From IMG/VR virus record IMGVR_UViG_3300028601_000785: a DNA stretch of 31,480 bases, one strand, 5' to 3'. The position numbers were made by a program, and so were the translations under genes. The notes under the pieces are model-generated. The model was not told the origin of the DNA and searched no databases. It saw only the letters and a program-made list of their open reading frames with translations. Positions 1-8,050 of the stretch are shown here, one piece after another (position 1 is the first letter of the stretch; every line of letters begins with the position of its first letter). The DNA comes from a virus.

Positions 1-1
1 A

Positions 2-283
2 TCTATCAGTAACAGTTGTCCCCAATCCCGGAGTCAGGTCTGTATTGCGAGTATAAAGATACTTCACAATCTGATTTCTGCAAGCGTCTGTGATTTCTTC
101 TGCGGACTCCTCACAGATGTGAAGGTAAGACACTGCTTTTTTATCCTTGTTGAGCCACTCTATTCTGTGGGTTGGTATTGTGTCTTTCAGGATGTTATAC
201 CCGGTTTCTGTGAATTTGATTACACATTCATAGTTCAAACCCTTCTCAAAATATTCAGCTTTTACAATTGTTGTGTTCTGCAT
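2..283 (-). CDS. Hypothetical protein, runs off the left edge (MQNTTIVKAEYFEKGLNYECVIKF...)
   Basis: Hand translation from the ATG at 283 gives 94 open codons to the window edge. It is divergent from ORF 500 across an AT-rich intergenic region and is not in the ORF track because it is truncated. Confidence 0.6.
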   Translation of the reverse strand, partial: MQNTTIVKAEYFEKGLNYECVIKFTETGYNILKDTIPTHRIEWLNKDKKAVSYLHICEESAEEITDACRNQIVKYLYTRNTDLTPGLGTTVTDR

Positions 284-441
284 CTTCTCAGCCTCTATTA
301 TGCTTCTCCATATACTACAATGGCACTAATGATATTTATAGTTTACTATGTTCGTAAGAGTTAGTAAAAATGGTTAATAATTTAATTTTAGAATCGTTGT
401 AAAATATTATTCAAATAATAAAACAGACACTTAATAATATA

Positions 442-449
442 TTTATATA
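442..449 (+). promoter_or_regulatory. Archaeal TATA box (TTTATATA) upstream of ORF 500
   Basis: Consensus TATA box about 50 nt before the ATG at 500, in AT-rich intergenic DNA. Confidence 0.55.
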
Positions 450-499
450 CATGTGTATCTATATTATATTACAGATATACTACTAAAACGGGGCAGACC

Positions 500-1747
500 A
501 TGACAAAAACAATAACCGTCAGCTCCTCAGTTGACGATTCAAAAAAACTGCAAAAACTCATAGACAACACGGGAAACACTCCAACCGAATACATTTTTTC
601 AAAGGATAACGACATTGAGATCATCTCACCGATTCGTTTTTATGGCAATCTCATAGTGAATGGGGGCGGGGCCGTTTTCCATCTCACAGACAAAGCCCCT
701 GAGTCTCTTTTTCCCTCCATGACGCCCATCCTCGGAGCAAAGTCCAACGGTGGATCTGGATATGAATTCTCAGGACTCGTTTTTGATGGGAATTCAGATC
801 ACCAAACGGTCCCGCTTGGGAAGGGATTTCATAACCTCATTGGCCTCAGTGGAGCCTCTGATATCAAGATACATGACATCCACCTGCACGACAGCGCCGG
901 AGACATGGCCCGTTTGGCAAATGTAAAGAAGGTACGGTACAATAAAAATAAAGTAATCCGGTGCGGTCACGATGGCCTCTATGTTGATGGGGGATACGAT
1001 GTTGAAGCAGATGATAATTACACTGAAATTCGGACAAACAGTGCAGTAAGATTAAGGCATGTGAAAGGTGGTAAGGTCCGGCGAAACGTAGTCAAAAATA
1101 AAGTAGGTGGGGCTGCATCGTGCCCAGGATTCCAGTTTGAGACATCATTGGAAAATAGGTATTCCTCTGATATTCTGGTAGAAGATAACGAGGTATCGGA
1201 TACGTGGGGACCTGGGGCATGGGTGATTTGTAGGGCAAATCCAAACAAAGGAGCTGCAACCGGGATTACATTCAGAGGCAACACGTTCACAAATTGCGGG
1301 AACATGGACAGCTCATATCATCATATTCCCGGCGTGGGTGGACTTGTTTTCGACTGCTGGGATAAGATCGTAGTCGAAAACAACACTTTCAAAGACTGCA
1401 AAGGGTATGGGGTCCTGTTTGGGGATTATGTGAACGCGGGAGACGTGGGAGCCAACCTTTCAGCCACAATCAGAAATAATAAGTTCATTGGCACTAAGAA
1501 AAGCAATACGGTGGGCACTGCGTCAGGTACTGCTATTGCTAATCTGAAATCAGAAAGATATACGTCTGTAGTTGCTCGGGAGAATTCCTATTCTGGGAAT
1601 GTCAGGGACCTCTACAACGTCACTGAAACGCCAGCCGCTCCCACCGAGAATCCTGCTTTTTTGAAAGTGACTTGCCTTGAATCTCAGATTAAGGCAATAA
1701 AAAACATAATTGCAAATAGAACAATTCTAAGGAAGTTGGAAAAATGA
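500..1747 (+). CDS. Right-handed parallel beta-helix protein, disaggregatase-related (putative methanochondroitin depolymerase)
   Basis: Repeated beta-helix coils. Motifs LGKGFHN, CGHDGLY, RTNSAVR, PGFQFE and TWGPGAW resemble Methanosarcina disaggregatase-associated domains as I recall them (Pfam PF08480-like). No signal peptide. Confidence 0.75.
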   Translation: MTKTITVSSSVDDSKKLQKLIDNTGNTPTEYIFSKDNDIEIISPIRFYGNLIVNGGGAVFHLTDKAPESLFPSMTPILGAKSNGGSGYEFSGLVFDGNSDHQTVPLGKGFHNLIGLSGASDIKIHDIHLHDSAGDMARLANVKKVRYNKNKVIRCGHDGLYVDGGYDVEADDNYTEIRTNSAVRLRHVKGGKVRRNVVKNKVGGAASCPGFQFETSLENRYSSDILVEDNEVSDTWGPGAWVICRANPNKGAATGITFRGNTFTNCGNMDSSYHHIPGVGGLVFDCWDKIVVENNTFKDCKGYGVLFGDYVNAGDVGANLSATIRNNKFIGTKKSNTVGTASGTAIANLKSERYTSVVARENSYSGNVRDLYNVTETPAAPTENPAFLKVTCLESQIKAIKNIIANRTILRKLEK

Positions 1748-2307
1748 CCACATACACGGACAGAGCTTCCCCCATATATACTACATTATACACTGACTGT
1801 AAAGATACAGGCTGCCTGCAACGAAAATTCACAATTCATGGTCAACCCGGCAAACAGATACGAATTGATTCAGTAGGCTGTTCTCTGGCAACCACCCGCG
1901 CGGGAGCCTCTGCTATTGCCTGGGTCATGGCTGTAGTTGATGGGGTGGAAACTACATTGGGATCGTGGGAAGAGACATCAAAGGATTATAAACAGAAAAT
2001 AAATAAACCCGCATTTTTGGCAGATTCCGGGAAAGATGTTATAGTACGGTTTCATCTAAAAACGTCTACCGTGGGAGCAAAAGCGAAAATCAAGCTCTGC
2101 TCTTATACGTATTCCTTTGTAGATTCCGAACCCTCTGTTCCTCCGGTGGTCGATGTTCCCCCGGTTGTCGAGACTCCCCCTGAGGATTGGCCTGCCTCTC
2201 TCCTGATCATGTGCAGCTCTCAGGCTGATGCAGAGGCCCTTATTCCGGAAGTCAAAAAAGTCATCGGAGAAAATGAAATCAGTATATGGACCAAGGGTGG
2301 GAAATAG
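1744..2307 (+). CDS. Hypothetical protein: beta-rich N-domain, Pro/Val linker, short C-terminal module; ends in TAG in frame with the next gene
   Basis: ATGA overlap with ORF 500; linker PSVPPVVDVPPVVETPP; stop is TAG at 2305-2307. Confidence 0.75.
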   Translation: MTTYTDRASPIYTTLYTDCKDTGCLQRKFTIHGQPGKQIRIDSVGCSLATTRAGASAIAWVMAVVDGVETTLGSWEETSKDYKQKINKPAFLADSGKDVIVRFHLKTSTVGAKAKIKLCSYTYSFVDSEPSVPPVVDVPPVVETPPEDWPASLLIMCSSQADAEALIPEVKKVIGENEISIWTKGGK

Positions 2308-2310
2308 ACC

Positions 2311-2347
2311 TGTCCTGAGAATGTTTTGCTAGTCAAACATTCTGACA
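2311..2347 (+). other. Stem-loop starting 4 nt after the amber codon
   Basis: TGTC[CTG]AGAATGTTT[T]G-CTAGT-CAAACATTCTGACA: 14 bp with two bulges and a 5-nt loop. It sequesters the TTG at 2326. Confidence 0.6.
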
Positions 2348-3156
2348 AAAACCATATCCAAATCAATGCCGCCCTGAAACTCGCCTCCTCCACTCCTGGG
2401 ACAATTGTAAGGCTCTCAGAACCTCGCATTTATGAAATTTCTGATAGCCTACTGTTCTATGCCGAATCTATCTTAGAGGGCGTTGATGGGGCTGTGATTA
2501 AGCTCGCTGGCGGCCTGCCTGTATGGGGTGGAAGTGATAGCAGTGTCTCAAAAAAGAAAGCTATGTTCATGATAAAGGGCAGTTCTGCAAGCAATATTAC
2601 AATCAGAAATTTAATTGTCGATGGCAGCCAGAGCGATTATTATCCTACAGTCAAGCTCGGTGCTTCCTGTTATAACATGGCAACCCTTGTAAATTGTGAT
2701 GGATTGACTATCCAGAATGTAACATTCAGGAATGGGTGTAATGATGCCATGCTTATCTCGCAATCCAAGAACATAATGATAGATAAAGTAACCGTGAACA
2801 AATGCGGGCATGACGGTGTATATGCCTATCATGTGGGTGGTATCACGGTTAAAGACTCAAATTTTATTAACCGGACTAATTCGTCCGTTCGTTTCGATTC
2901 CGTAACAGACGGGGCTATGCTGGACTGCAACTGTTCAACTGCCGGAGGGGGGTTCTGCGGGCTGGAATTGCAGGGTGATCTCAAGAATATTATTGCTAGA
3001 GGAAACCACATGAAAGGGCTGCCTTATCCTGGGATTGTGTCTCTTGATGCTAAAATGACTAATGTTGTGATTGAGGGGAATATAATTGAAAAGTGTAAGT
3101 CTCCGGGGATTTCTGCGGCGGGGGCTGTGATTCGAAATAATACGATTACATATTGA
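2326..3156 (+). CDS. Second disaggregatase-related beta-helix protein (possibly the C-terminal part of an amber-readthrough fusion 1744-3156)
   Basis: Motifs HIQINAAL, CGHDGVY and RTNSSVRF; paralog of ORF 500; only a TTG start with no clear RBS. Confidence 0.75.
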   Translation: MLVKHSDKNHIQINAALKLASSTPGTIVRLSEPRIYEISDSLLFYAESILEGVDGAVIKLAGGLPVWGGSDSSVSKKKAMFMIKGSSASNITIRNLIVDGSQSDYYPTVKLGASCYNMATLVNCDGLTIQNVTFRNGCNDAMLISQSKNIMIDKVTVNKCGHDGVYAYHVGGITVKDSNFINRTNSSVRFDSVTDGAMLDCNCSTAGGGFCGLELQGDLKNIIARGNHMKGLPYPGIVSLDAKMTNVVIEGNIIEKCKSPGISAAGAVIRNNTITY

Positions 3157-3238
3157 GACTCGCTGATGACATAATTAAGAATACTTTTCGATAACACACC
3201 CCACTTTCCTATTATTTGTCTCGCTATAATATACATTA

Positions 3239-3505
3239 ATGATATATATTAGAGTAAACATATTATGTAATAATATAATGTTGCAAAGATTGCCTATCAT
3301 GATATTACTACATAGACGAGGAGTGTTGAAAACGGAATTTGAAAAATGTAATCCTCTTTTCCTACTTTCGATAGCTGGGTTGATTACAATTGCGGTATCC
3401 CTCATTTTGACTCGCCAAGATGGGTTTTTATTAAAATGTATTATTGCGATCCTGGGAGGCACAGCCGGTTATTTAGCTCCAAGTAATCTATTTTCCAGAA
3501 AGTGA
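3239..3505 (+). CDS. Small two-TM membrane protein (holin-like); real start probably 3299-3326
   Basis: Two hydrophobic segments (FLLSIAGLITIAVSLIL; FLLKCIIAILGGTAGYLA) and a basic C-terminus. Confidence 0.55.
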   Translation: MIYIRVNILCNNIMLQRLPIMILLHRRGVLKTEFEKCNPLFLLSIAGLITIAVSLILTRQDGFLLKCIIAILGGTAGYLAPSNLFSRK

Positions 3506-3513
3506 GGTGCTAA

Positions 3514-3720
3514 ATGTGTGAAAATTGTTTCTTGACAATCGAACAAAAAAATAGACAACATCAGGATATGCAGAGAATTAGAGAACGCGAAGCCGCGCAC
3601 ATATGTTCAAATTGTTCAAACCACGAGGAACCAGATGATTTTTCAGATTGTCTTTGTGTGTGCAGTCGGGATGGATTAGAAAAGGGGCGAAATTCAAGTT
3701 GTAAAAAATGGAGTGAATAA
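3514..3720 (+). CDS. Small Cys-rich (putative Zn-binding) protein
   Basis: CxxC, CxxCxxH and CxCxC motifs; RBS GAGGTG upstream. Confidence 0.65.
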   Translation: MCENCFLTIEQKNRQHQDMQRIREREAAHICSNCSNHEEPDDFSDCLCVCSRDGLEKGRNSSCKKWSE

Positions 3721-3722
3721 AA

Positions 3723-4028
3723 ATGGTAGACATTGTATCTTTTTTTAGCGGGGCACTCGGAGGAATAATCACTTTCGGGACTGTGATGTATGGATATGCA
3801 CGTATGCAGGGTTTTAGGCTTCTACCAGAGGATCTCGGGGAAACTGTGGACAAATTACAGGGAGATTATGCAGGACTTCGTGATGAGATCGAGGAGGCAA
3901 TCGGCAACATCTCAATAACCGAGGTTGGGAAAATATTTATGAAAGCGCAGGAACTCGGAAAGGACGGGTTTACCGCAGGGGACGCTCAGGAACTCGGGAT
4001 TATGATTATAGACGCCGCAAAGGATTGA
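3723..4028 (+). CDS. Small protein with an N-terminal TM helix and an acidic helical domain
   Basis: IVSFFSGALGGIITFGTVMYGY followed by an acidic helical region; tightly packed in the operon. Confidence 0.7.
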   Translation: MVDIVSFFSGALGGIITFGTVMYGYARMQGFRLLPEDLGETVDKLQGDYAGLRDEIEEAIGNISITEVGKIFMKAQELGKDGFTAGDAQELGIMIIDAAKD

Positions 4029-4034
4029 TTCCTC

Positions 4035-4193
4035 ATGGAAAGGGGAGTCCGGGTCAAAACTTCAAAGGGTGAAGTCGGGATCGTGATTGGGGGCAAGAAA
4101 GATAAGGTGCATATTTGGGTTGAATCTTCTAAAAAATCTAAATATATAAACAAAAACGAGGTCATGAGAGCAGATGTAAAAATAAAGAGGTAA
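4035..4193 (+). CDS. Small basic hypothetical protein (52 aa, MERGVRVKTSKGEVGIVIGG...)
   Basis: Hand translation; fills the gap between ORFs 3723 and 4198. Confidence 0.5.
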   Translation: MERGVRVKTSKGEVGIVIGGKKDKVHIWVESSKKSKYINKNEVMRADVKIKR

Positions 4194-4197
4194 CCAA

Positions 4198-4428
4198 ATG
4201 TCAACTGCCGAGTTCGATATTCAAAATTCTGAAGGGTGGCTTCTAGCTATAGCAGGGGCTGTTGTTGTCATTCTCAAGAAGGGGATTAAACCGTTCTGGC
4301 GGCGGCTGATTGTATCTCAGGTGTTGCTTGGGCATAAGAAGTTAAATGAGTATCGAGCGAAGGAAGAGCTTACAAAAGAAGAATTAGAAGATTATAAAGA
4401 CATCGTTGAGGATGTTTTGAAATTTTAA
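4198..4428 (+). CDS. Small single-TM protein
   Basis: WLLAIAGAVVVIL followed by a basic segment; RBS GAGGT upstream. Confidence 0.65.
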   Translation: MSTAEFDIQNSEGWLLAIAGAVVVILKKGIKPFWRRLIVSQVLLGHKKLNEYRAKEELTKEELEDYKDIVEDVLKF

Positions 4429-4439
4429 ATAAAAATAAA

Positions 4440-4738
4440 TTTTAGGGGAGTGGGGATAGTGAATTTAAAAGGAGAGTGAATAAGTGACAGAATCGGAAGA
4501 GTTAAAATCGCTTAAATATGTAGCAGAAAACGAAAAGGGAAAAGCACAGTCTAAGATATACGAATTGAGGAATAAGATTGCAGAAATTGAAAAGGAAATA
4601 AGCCACTATGAAGGAGAGAAGGAGATGGCTGAGTATATTATATCAAAAATTGACGATGTTGGGAACAAAAATATGAAGGAAAAATGACTTTCTCACCATT
4701 GAGATGAATAAACATAATTTTTAGGGGAGTGGGGATAG
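4440..4738 (+). repeat. Identical 20-bp direct repeat TTTTAGGGGAGTGGGGATAG at 4440-4459 and 4719-4738
   Basis: Exact match; both copies are intergenic and flank ORF 4484. Confidence 0.85.
4484..4687 (+). CDS. Small coiled-coil protein
   Basis: Heptad-like, E/K-rich sequence; GGAG upstream of the GTG start. Confidence 0.6.
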   Translation: MTESEELKSLKYVAENEKGKAQSKIYELRNKIAEIEKEISHYEGEKEMAEYIISKIDDVGNKNMKEK

Positions 4739-4912
4739 GTGAAATTAATGGCTCTTGATGTTTTTCTTCTTACTTTTTGAGCAGTTGTATTTTCTTTTTT
4801 TTATTTAATTAGATAAATGCCGGTTGAGATGTACGCGATATTATAATAATGTTTTATATGTAAATACATATAAATATGATAAAGCTGTATTTGCATATAC
4901 TAAGTTACGAAG

Positions 4913-5197
4913 GTGGCACTACAAATGTACGATATTGCGAACATGCACTTTGATGATGTCTTTGTTATTTACTCCAATAATTTTGAGTATGGAGTATCCT
5001 GCACGGATTATATTTACTTCAAGGAAGAAGATGCACAGCGTGACGCGGACCGGATGAATGAGGCGTCTGCGTTTGGAAAGGATAAGAGATTCATGTATAA
5101 GGTTGCTACACTTACCCAATACGTCGAAGAGTATGGAGAAGGAAAGCACGATGAAGGAGAAGGGGCTACAAGAGCTTCAATGTCGTTTAATGATTGA
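4913..5197 (+). CDS. Hypothetical protein
   Basis: Coding-like composition; follows an AT-rich promoter-like stretch. Confidence 0.6.
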   Translation: MALQMYDIANMHFDDVFVIYSNNFEYGVSCTDYIYFKEEDAQRDADRMNEASAFGKDKRFMYKVATLTQYVEEYGEGKHDEGEGATRASMSFND

Positions 5198-5207
5198 AGG
5201 TGGGTAA

Positions 5208-5723
5208 ATGGTAAAAGTGCAACTCCCAAAAGTAAAGCAAGAAAATCGAATCGAATTAAATGTACTGAAAGCTCAACGTGATGATACTACATTAGATAAC
5301 ACTTTAGAGTATCTTTTGAAACTTCCCCGTCTGTCTATTGCCACAATAGAGAGACTTAATAAAAAACGACAATGGATCATAGATAGACAAGAAACTGATG
5401 ATGAATTAGTAAACCGTTTTTTGGATTATATGGAAGAGACGCCTACGGCTATAATAGGCAGAGCTATTAGAAACGCTATGGAATCCACTATAGAAGAAAT
5501 TGATACGTGGAACGAGTTCTCACCTGAATTCAGAGAATGGTTGAAGAGGTTCCCTGTAATGGAAGGGGAAGATAGGACTGTGCAGTTTTTCCCGAAACCA
5601 GATCCTAGTAAAATAAAACCAAGCAAGAACTTGTGTTGCGGAAGCCCAGAAAAATTTGAAGCATGTTTAAAAGAAGTTATAGAAGACAACAAAGAAGGAT
5701 TAATTCGTTTGGGTAGATCATGA
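5208..5723 (+). CDS. Putative tandem ribbon-helix-helix DNA-binding protein
   Basis: Two repeats resembling archaeal RHH proteins (..RIELNVLK..DTTLDNTLEYLL and ..TIERLNKKR..ETDDELVNRFLD). Confidence 0.5.
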   Translation: MVKVQLPKVKQENRIELNVLKAQRDDTTLDNTLEYLLKLPRLSIATIERLNKKRQWIIDRQETDDELVNRFLDYMEETPTAIIGRAIRNAMESTIEEIDTWNEFSPEFREWLKRFPVMEGEDRTVQFFPKPDPSKIKPSKNLCCGSPEKFEACLKEVIEDNKEGLIRLGRS

Positions 5724-5759
5724 ACATTTTATATATGTATATGAAAGGACGTGGAATAA

Positions 5760-6053
5760 ATGACTGATGAATTAAATGAAATTCTCAAAGAGTGTGCTGC
5801 AATCCGAGGAGTTCACAACCTCCAACATCGAATTCTCCATGAATTTGATTGGTTTGTTGGCTGCATAATATGGCACAAATGGGAAAAGTTCCCTGAAGAT
5901 GAAGATTGCCAAAAATTAAAAAAATATTCAAGCTTTGAGGTAAAGGATTGTAATAATGCTCTTTTGGAATGGGGGAAGCTGTTCTTAGATTACTATCATG
6001 AAAAAGAAATTGAATGGAATCACCAGTTAGATGAAGAAATTAAGAGGGGCTGA
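5760..6053 (+). CDS. Hypothetical protein, paralog of 23800..24090
   Basis: N-terminal DELNEILKEC..RGV..LQHRIL.EF.WFV is shared with ORF 23800. Confidence 0.8.
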   Translation: MTDELNEILKECAAIRGVHNLQHRILHEFDWFVGCIIWHKWEKFPEDEDCQKLKKYSSFEVKDCNNALLEWGKLFLDYYHEKEIEWNHQLDEEIKRG

Positions 6054-6059
6054 AAAGAA

Positions 6060-6248
6060 ATGAAAACGATATCAAAGGAAGAGTTAATAGGCTCAGAAAT
6101 CATCGGCATCGCGTATTATGAAGAAAATAAAGGCGAAATAGGCCCTTATATCATGGTCAAAACCAAAAATGGGAAAATAATTATGATTGGAGCAACAAGC
6201 CGGGAAACTCTTTTTGTAGCTGAAGATGGTGGGAATGATGATAGATGA
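6060..6248 (+). CDS. Small hypothetical protein
   Basis: RBS-like GAGGGG upstream; packed within the operon. Confidence 0.6.
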   Translation: MKTISKEELIGSEIIGIAYYEENKGEIGPYIMVKTKNGKIIMIGATSRETLFVAEDGGNDDR

Positions 6249-6696
6249 AGCATATAAAAAGATGGTGCTTGCCCTGCCGGAATCATTCTTTGAAGGGTGG
6301 AGCTGGCAAGCAGGCGACAGAGCAATCATAATGGATGATAGATATAAAAGAGAAGTCGTTGTGATAAGCTCACGGAATCAAATTGTATCGCGTAAAATGG
6401 TTAACCTGTTGTTCCCTGATGCATTTGATGAAAGTAAAACTGAAGAATATGTTTCTAGGTTAAGACCAATTCCGAGCCAGAAACAACTTCAAGACATCCT
6501 ATTAACTTACGACCATGATAATTGTGGATTCATGTCTGAATTACAAGCCCTGTTTTATTGGTTTAATTATTGGGTGAAGGGGGAAAATCAGATGAATGGT
6601 TTTCGGAATGAGTTCTCAGATTTAGATCAGTTGTGGCTTGCGTTTGCTATGCATACACTGCATGGGGAAACATGGAACGGGGAAAACTGGATTTAA
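6226..6696 (+). CDS. Conserved viral hypothetical protein (IPSQKQLQ...DQLWLAFAM type); start probably 6235/6238
   Basis: The P-x-Q-x-QLQ and QLWLAF-x-M motifs are ones I recall from uncharacterised viral proteins. Confidence 0.65.
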   Translation: MVGMMIDEAYKKMVLALPESFFEGWSWQAGDRAIIMDDRYKREVVVISSRNQIVSRKMVNLLFPDAFDESKTEEYVSRLRPIPSQKQLQDILLTYDHDNCGFMSELQALFYWFNYWVKGENQMNGFRNEFSDLDQLWLAFAMHTLHGETWNGENWI

Positions 6697-6745
6697 CCTT
6701 TTTTTAATCTCCCTAACCTTAGTTTCTTCTCTCTTTTTCTCTTCG
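6697..6745 (+). terminator. Oligo-T/pyrimidine tract, probable archaeal terminator
   Basis: A T7 run and a CT-rich tract directly after the last gene of the operon. Confidence 0.5.
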
Positions 6746-6773
6746 AAAACAGATACTAATCTATCCTAATGAA

Positions 6774-6809
6774 GCCACCGTCTTAAGGAGTGGGGGTTAA
6801 GACGGTGGC
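6774..6809. repeat. Perfect 13-bp inverted repeat GCCACCGTCTTAA-(GGAGTGGGGG)-TTAAGACGGTGGC
   Basis: Read directly from the sequence; intergenic. Confidence 0.85.
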
Positions 6810-7031
6810 ACACTTATTTTCAAAAAAGGTATGGGTTGTAAGGTTGGAGCCAGACAACTCAAGGATTTTGTTAAGGAACGAAACGGTAGTTGTACTCAAC
6901 TACTGTGTATTGAATGCCATATGGTAGAAGAGTATTATTACATATATATATTTCTACAGAGTAAATTATGATTAATATATTTTTAAAGTCTTTTTCGAAA
7001 TCTTAATAATCCATCCCCCGTATTTCTCCGT

Positions 7032-7511
7032 ATGCCCCCCGAAATACGCATTCCCATAACTGCCAAGATCCCCAAGTCCCTCCACGACAAAATACTAGAC
7101 GCAGTAAACTCTCAAAAATACGCAGATAAGACGGATTGTATTACAAAAGCTCTTGAAAAAATACTTGATAATACGGAGCAGTCAGGGCAAGTTGCGGCGG
7201 ATGTATTACAAGAGAGAGAAAATGAAATACAAAAACTTACGGCAGAATTACGCGAAAAATACGATGAAATACGCGAATTACGGGAGGTAATACAGGGATT
7301 ACCGGACCCCGTGGAACTCGCGGAAGTCAGGGCGCGGGATGATGTATTACACTTACTTCTTGAAGAAAAGGACCGGCGAATTGAAGGACTTGAGCGTGAA
7401 GTGGGGAACCTGGATAGGTTTGCTCATTATTTCGCGGAGAAAAAACAGGAAGTGAAACAGATTTCGGAGGGGGGGACTAAAAAGAAGTGGTGGGAATTGT
7501 GGAGGAAGTAG
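7032..7511 (+). CDS. RHH (CopG/Arc-like) DNA-binding protein with a coiled coil and a KKKWWELW tail
   Basis: ITAKIPKSLHDKILDAV..YADKTDCITKALEKIL has RHH pattern; a long heptad region follows. Confidence 0.7.
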   Translation: MPPEIRIPITAKIPKSLHDKILDAVNSQKYADKTDCITKALEKILDNTEQSGQVAADVLQERENEIQKLTAELREKYDEIRELREVIQGLPDPVELAEVRARDDVLHLLLEEKDRRIEGLEREVGNLDRFAHYFAEKKQEVKQISEGGTKKKWWELWRK

Positions 7512-7627
7512 ATTTATTTTTCAGGGGCCTGACGAATTAACAAAAAACAAGAGACCGTAAAACAGATCAGTATGAAAATAATTATTATAATAAAAAATAT
7601 ATATATAAACATGTTATAGTAATATCT

Positions 7628-7679
7628 GCTCACGGCTGAGGATCTGCTTTCTTGGCGGGAGGCATCCTCAGTTGCGAGC
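7628..7679 (+). ncRNA. Long hairpin about 30 nt downstream of a TATA box; candidate small or antisense RNA
   Basis: 16-bp stem 7628-7643/7664-7679 (one mismatch, two GU pairs); TATATATATAAA at 7598-7609; lies between convergent genes. Confidence 0.4.
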
Positions 7680-7681
7680 AC

Positions 7682-8050
7682 TCACTTTTTAAAATACAAT
7701 CTGTCGTGCTCTTGATACATTCCATACTCTACTATAATAGAGTGTATCACGCCAGGGATAGACCCCATAGCAAGCCCGAAACGTTTATTTAAAACTGTTT
7801 TCAGAATTCCCACATCGACCCCGTCTTTGACAGACACTGACGCATCATGTATGATTTTTGATTCGTCTTCGGTCTTTGTCTGCGAGATTGACAATAGTTT
7901 TTCTGAGTCTGATATCTGCACTTCAAAATTTACGAAGTACGTTTCCCCACAACAGGGACATGTTGCTTTGATTAACACTGTATATTCACATCCATAAATA
8001 TATCGGAAATATATATAATTCCTCGATATATTAACAGATGTATGAACCAC
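7682..8050 (-). CDS. Zn-ribbon (CPCC) protein with a C-terminal helical domain
   Basis: CPCCGETY motif; organisation similar to the neighbouring ORF 8071. Confidence 0.6.
   Translation of the reverse strand: MVHTSVNISRNYIYFRYIYGCEYTVLIKATCPCCGETYFVNFEVQISDSEKLLSISQTKTEDESKIIHDASVSVKDGVDVGILKTVLNKRFGLAMGSIPGVIHSIIVEYGMYQEHDRLYFKK

Noticed and set aside
119-364. Plus-strand 81-aa ORF
   Set aside because: It overlaps a longer open minus-strand frame (283 to the edge) with better coding character, so it is probably a shadow ORF.
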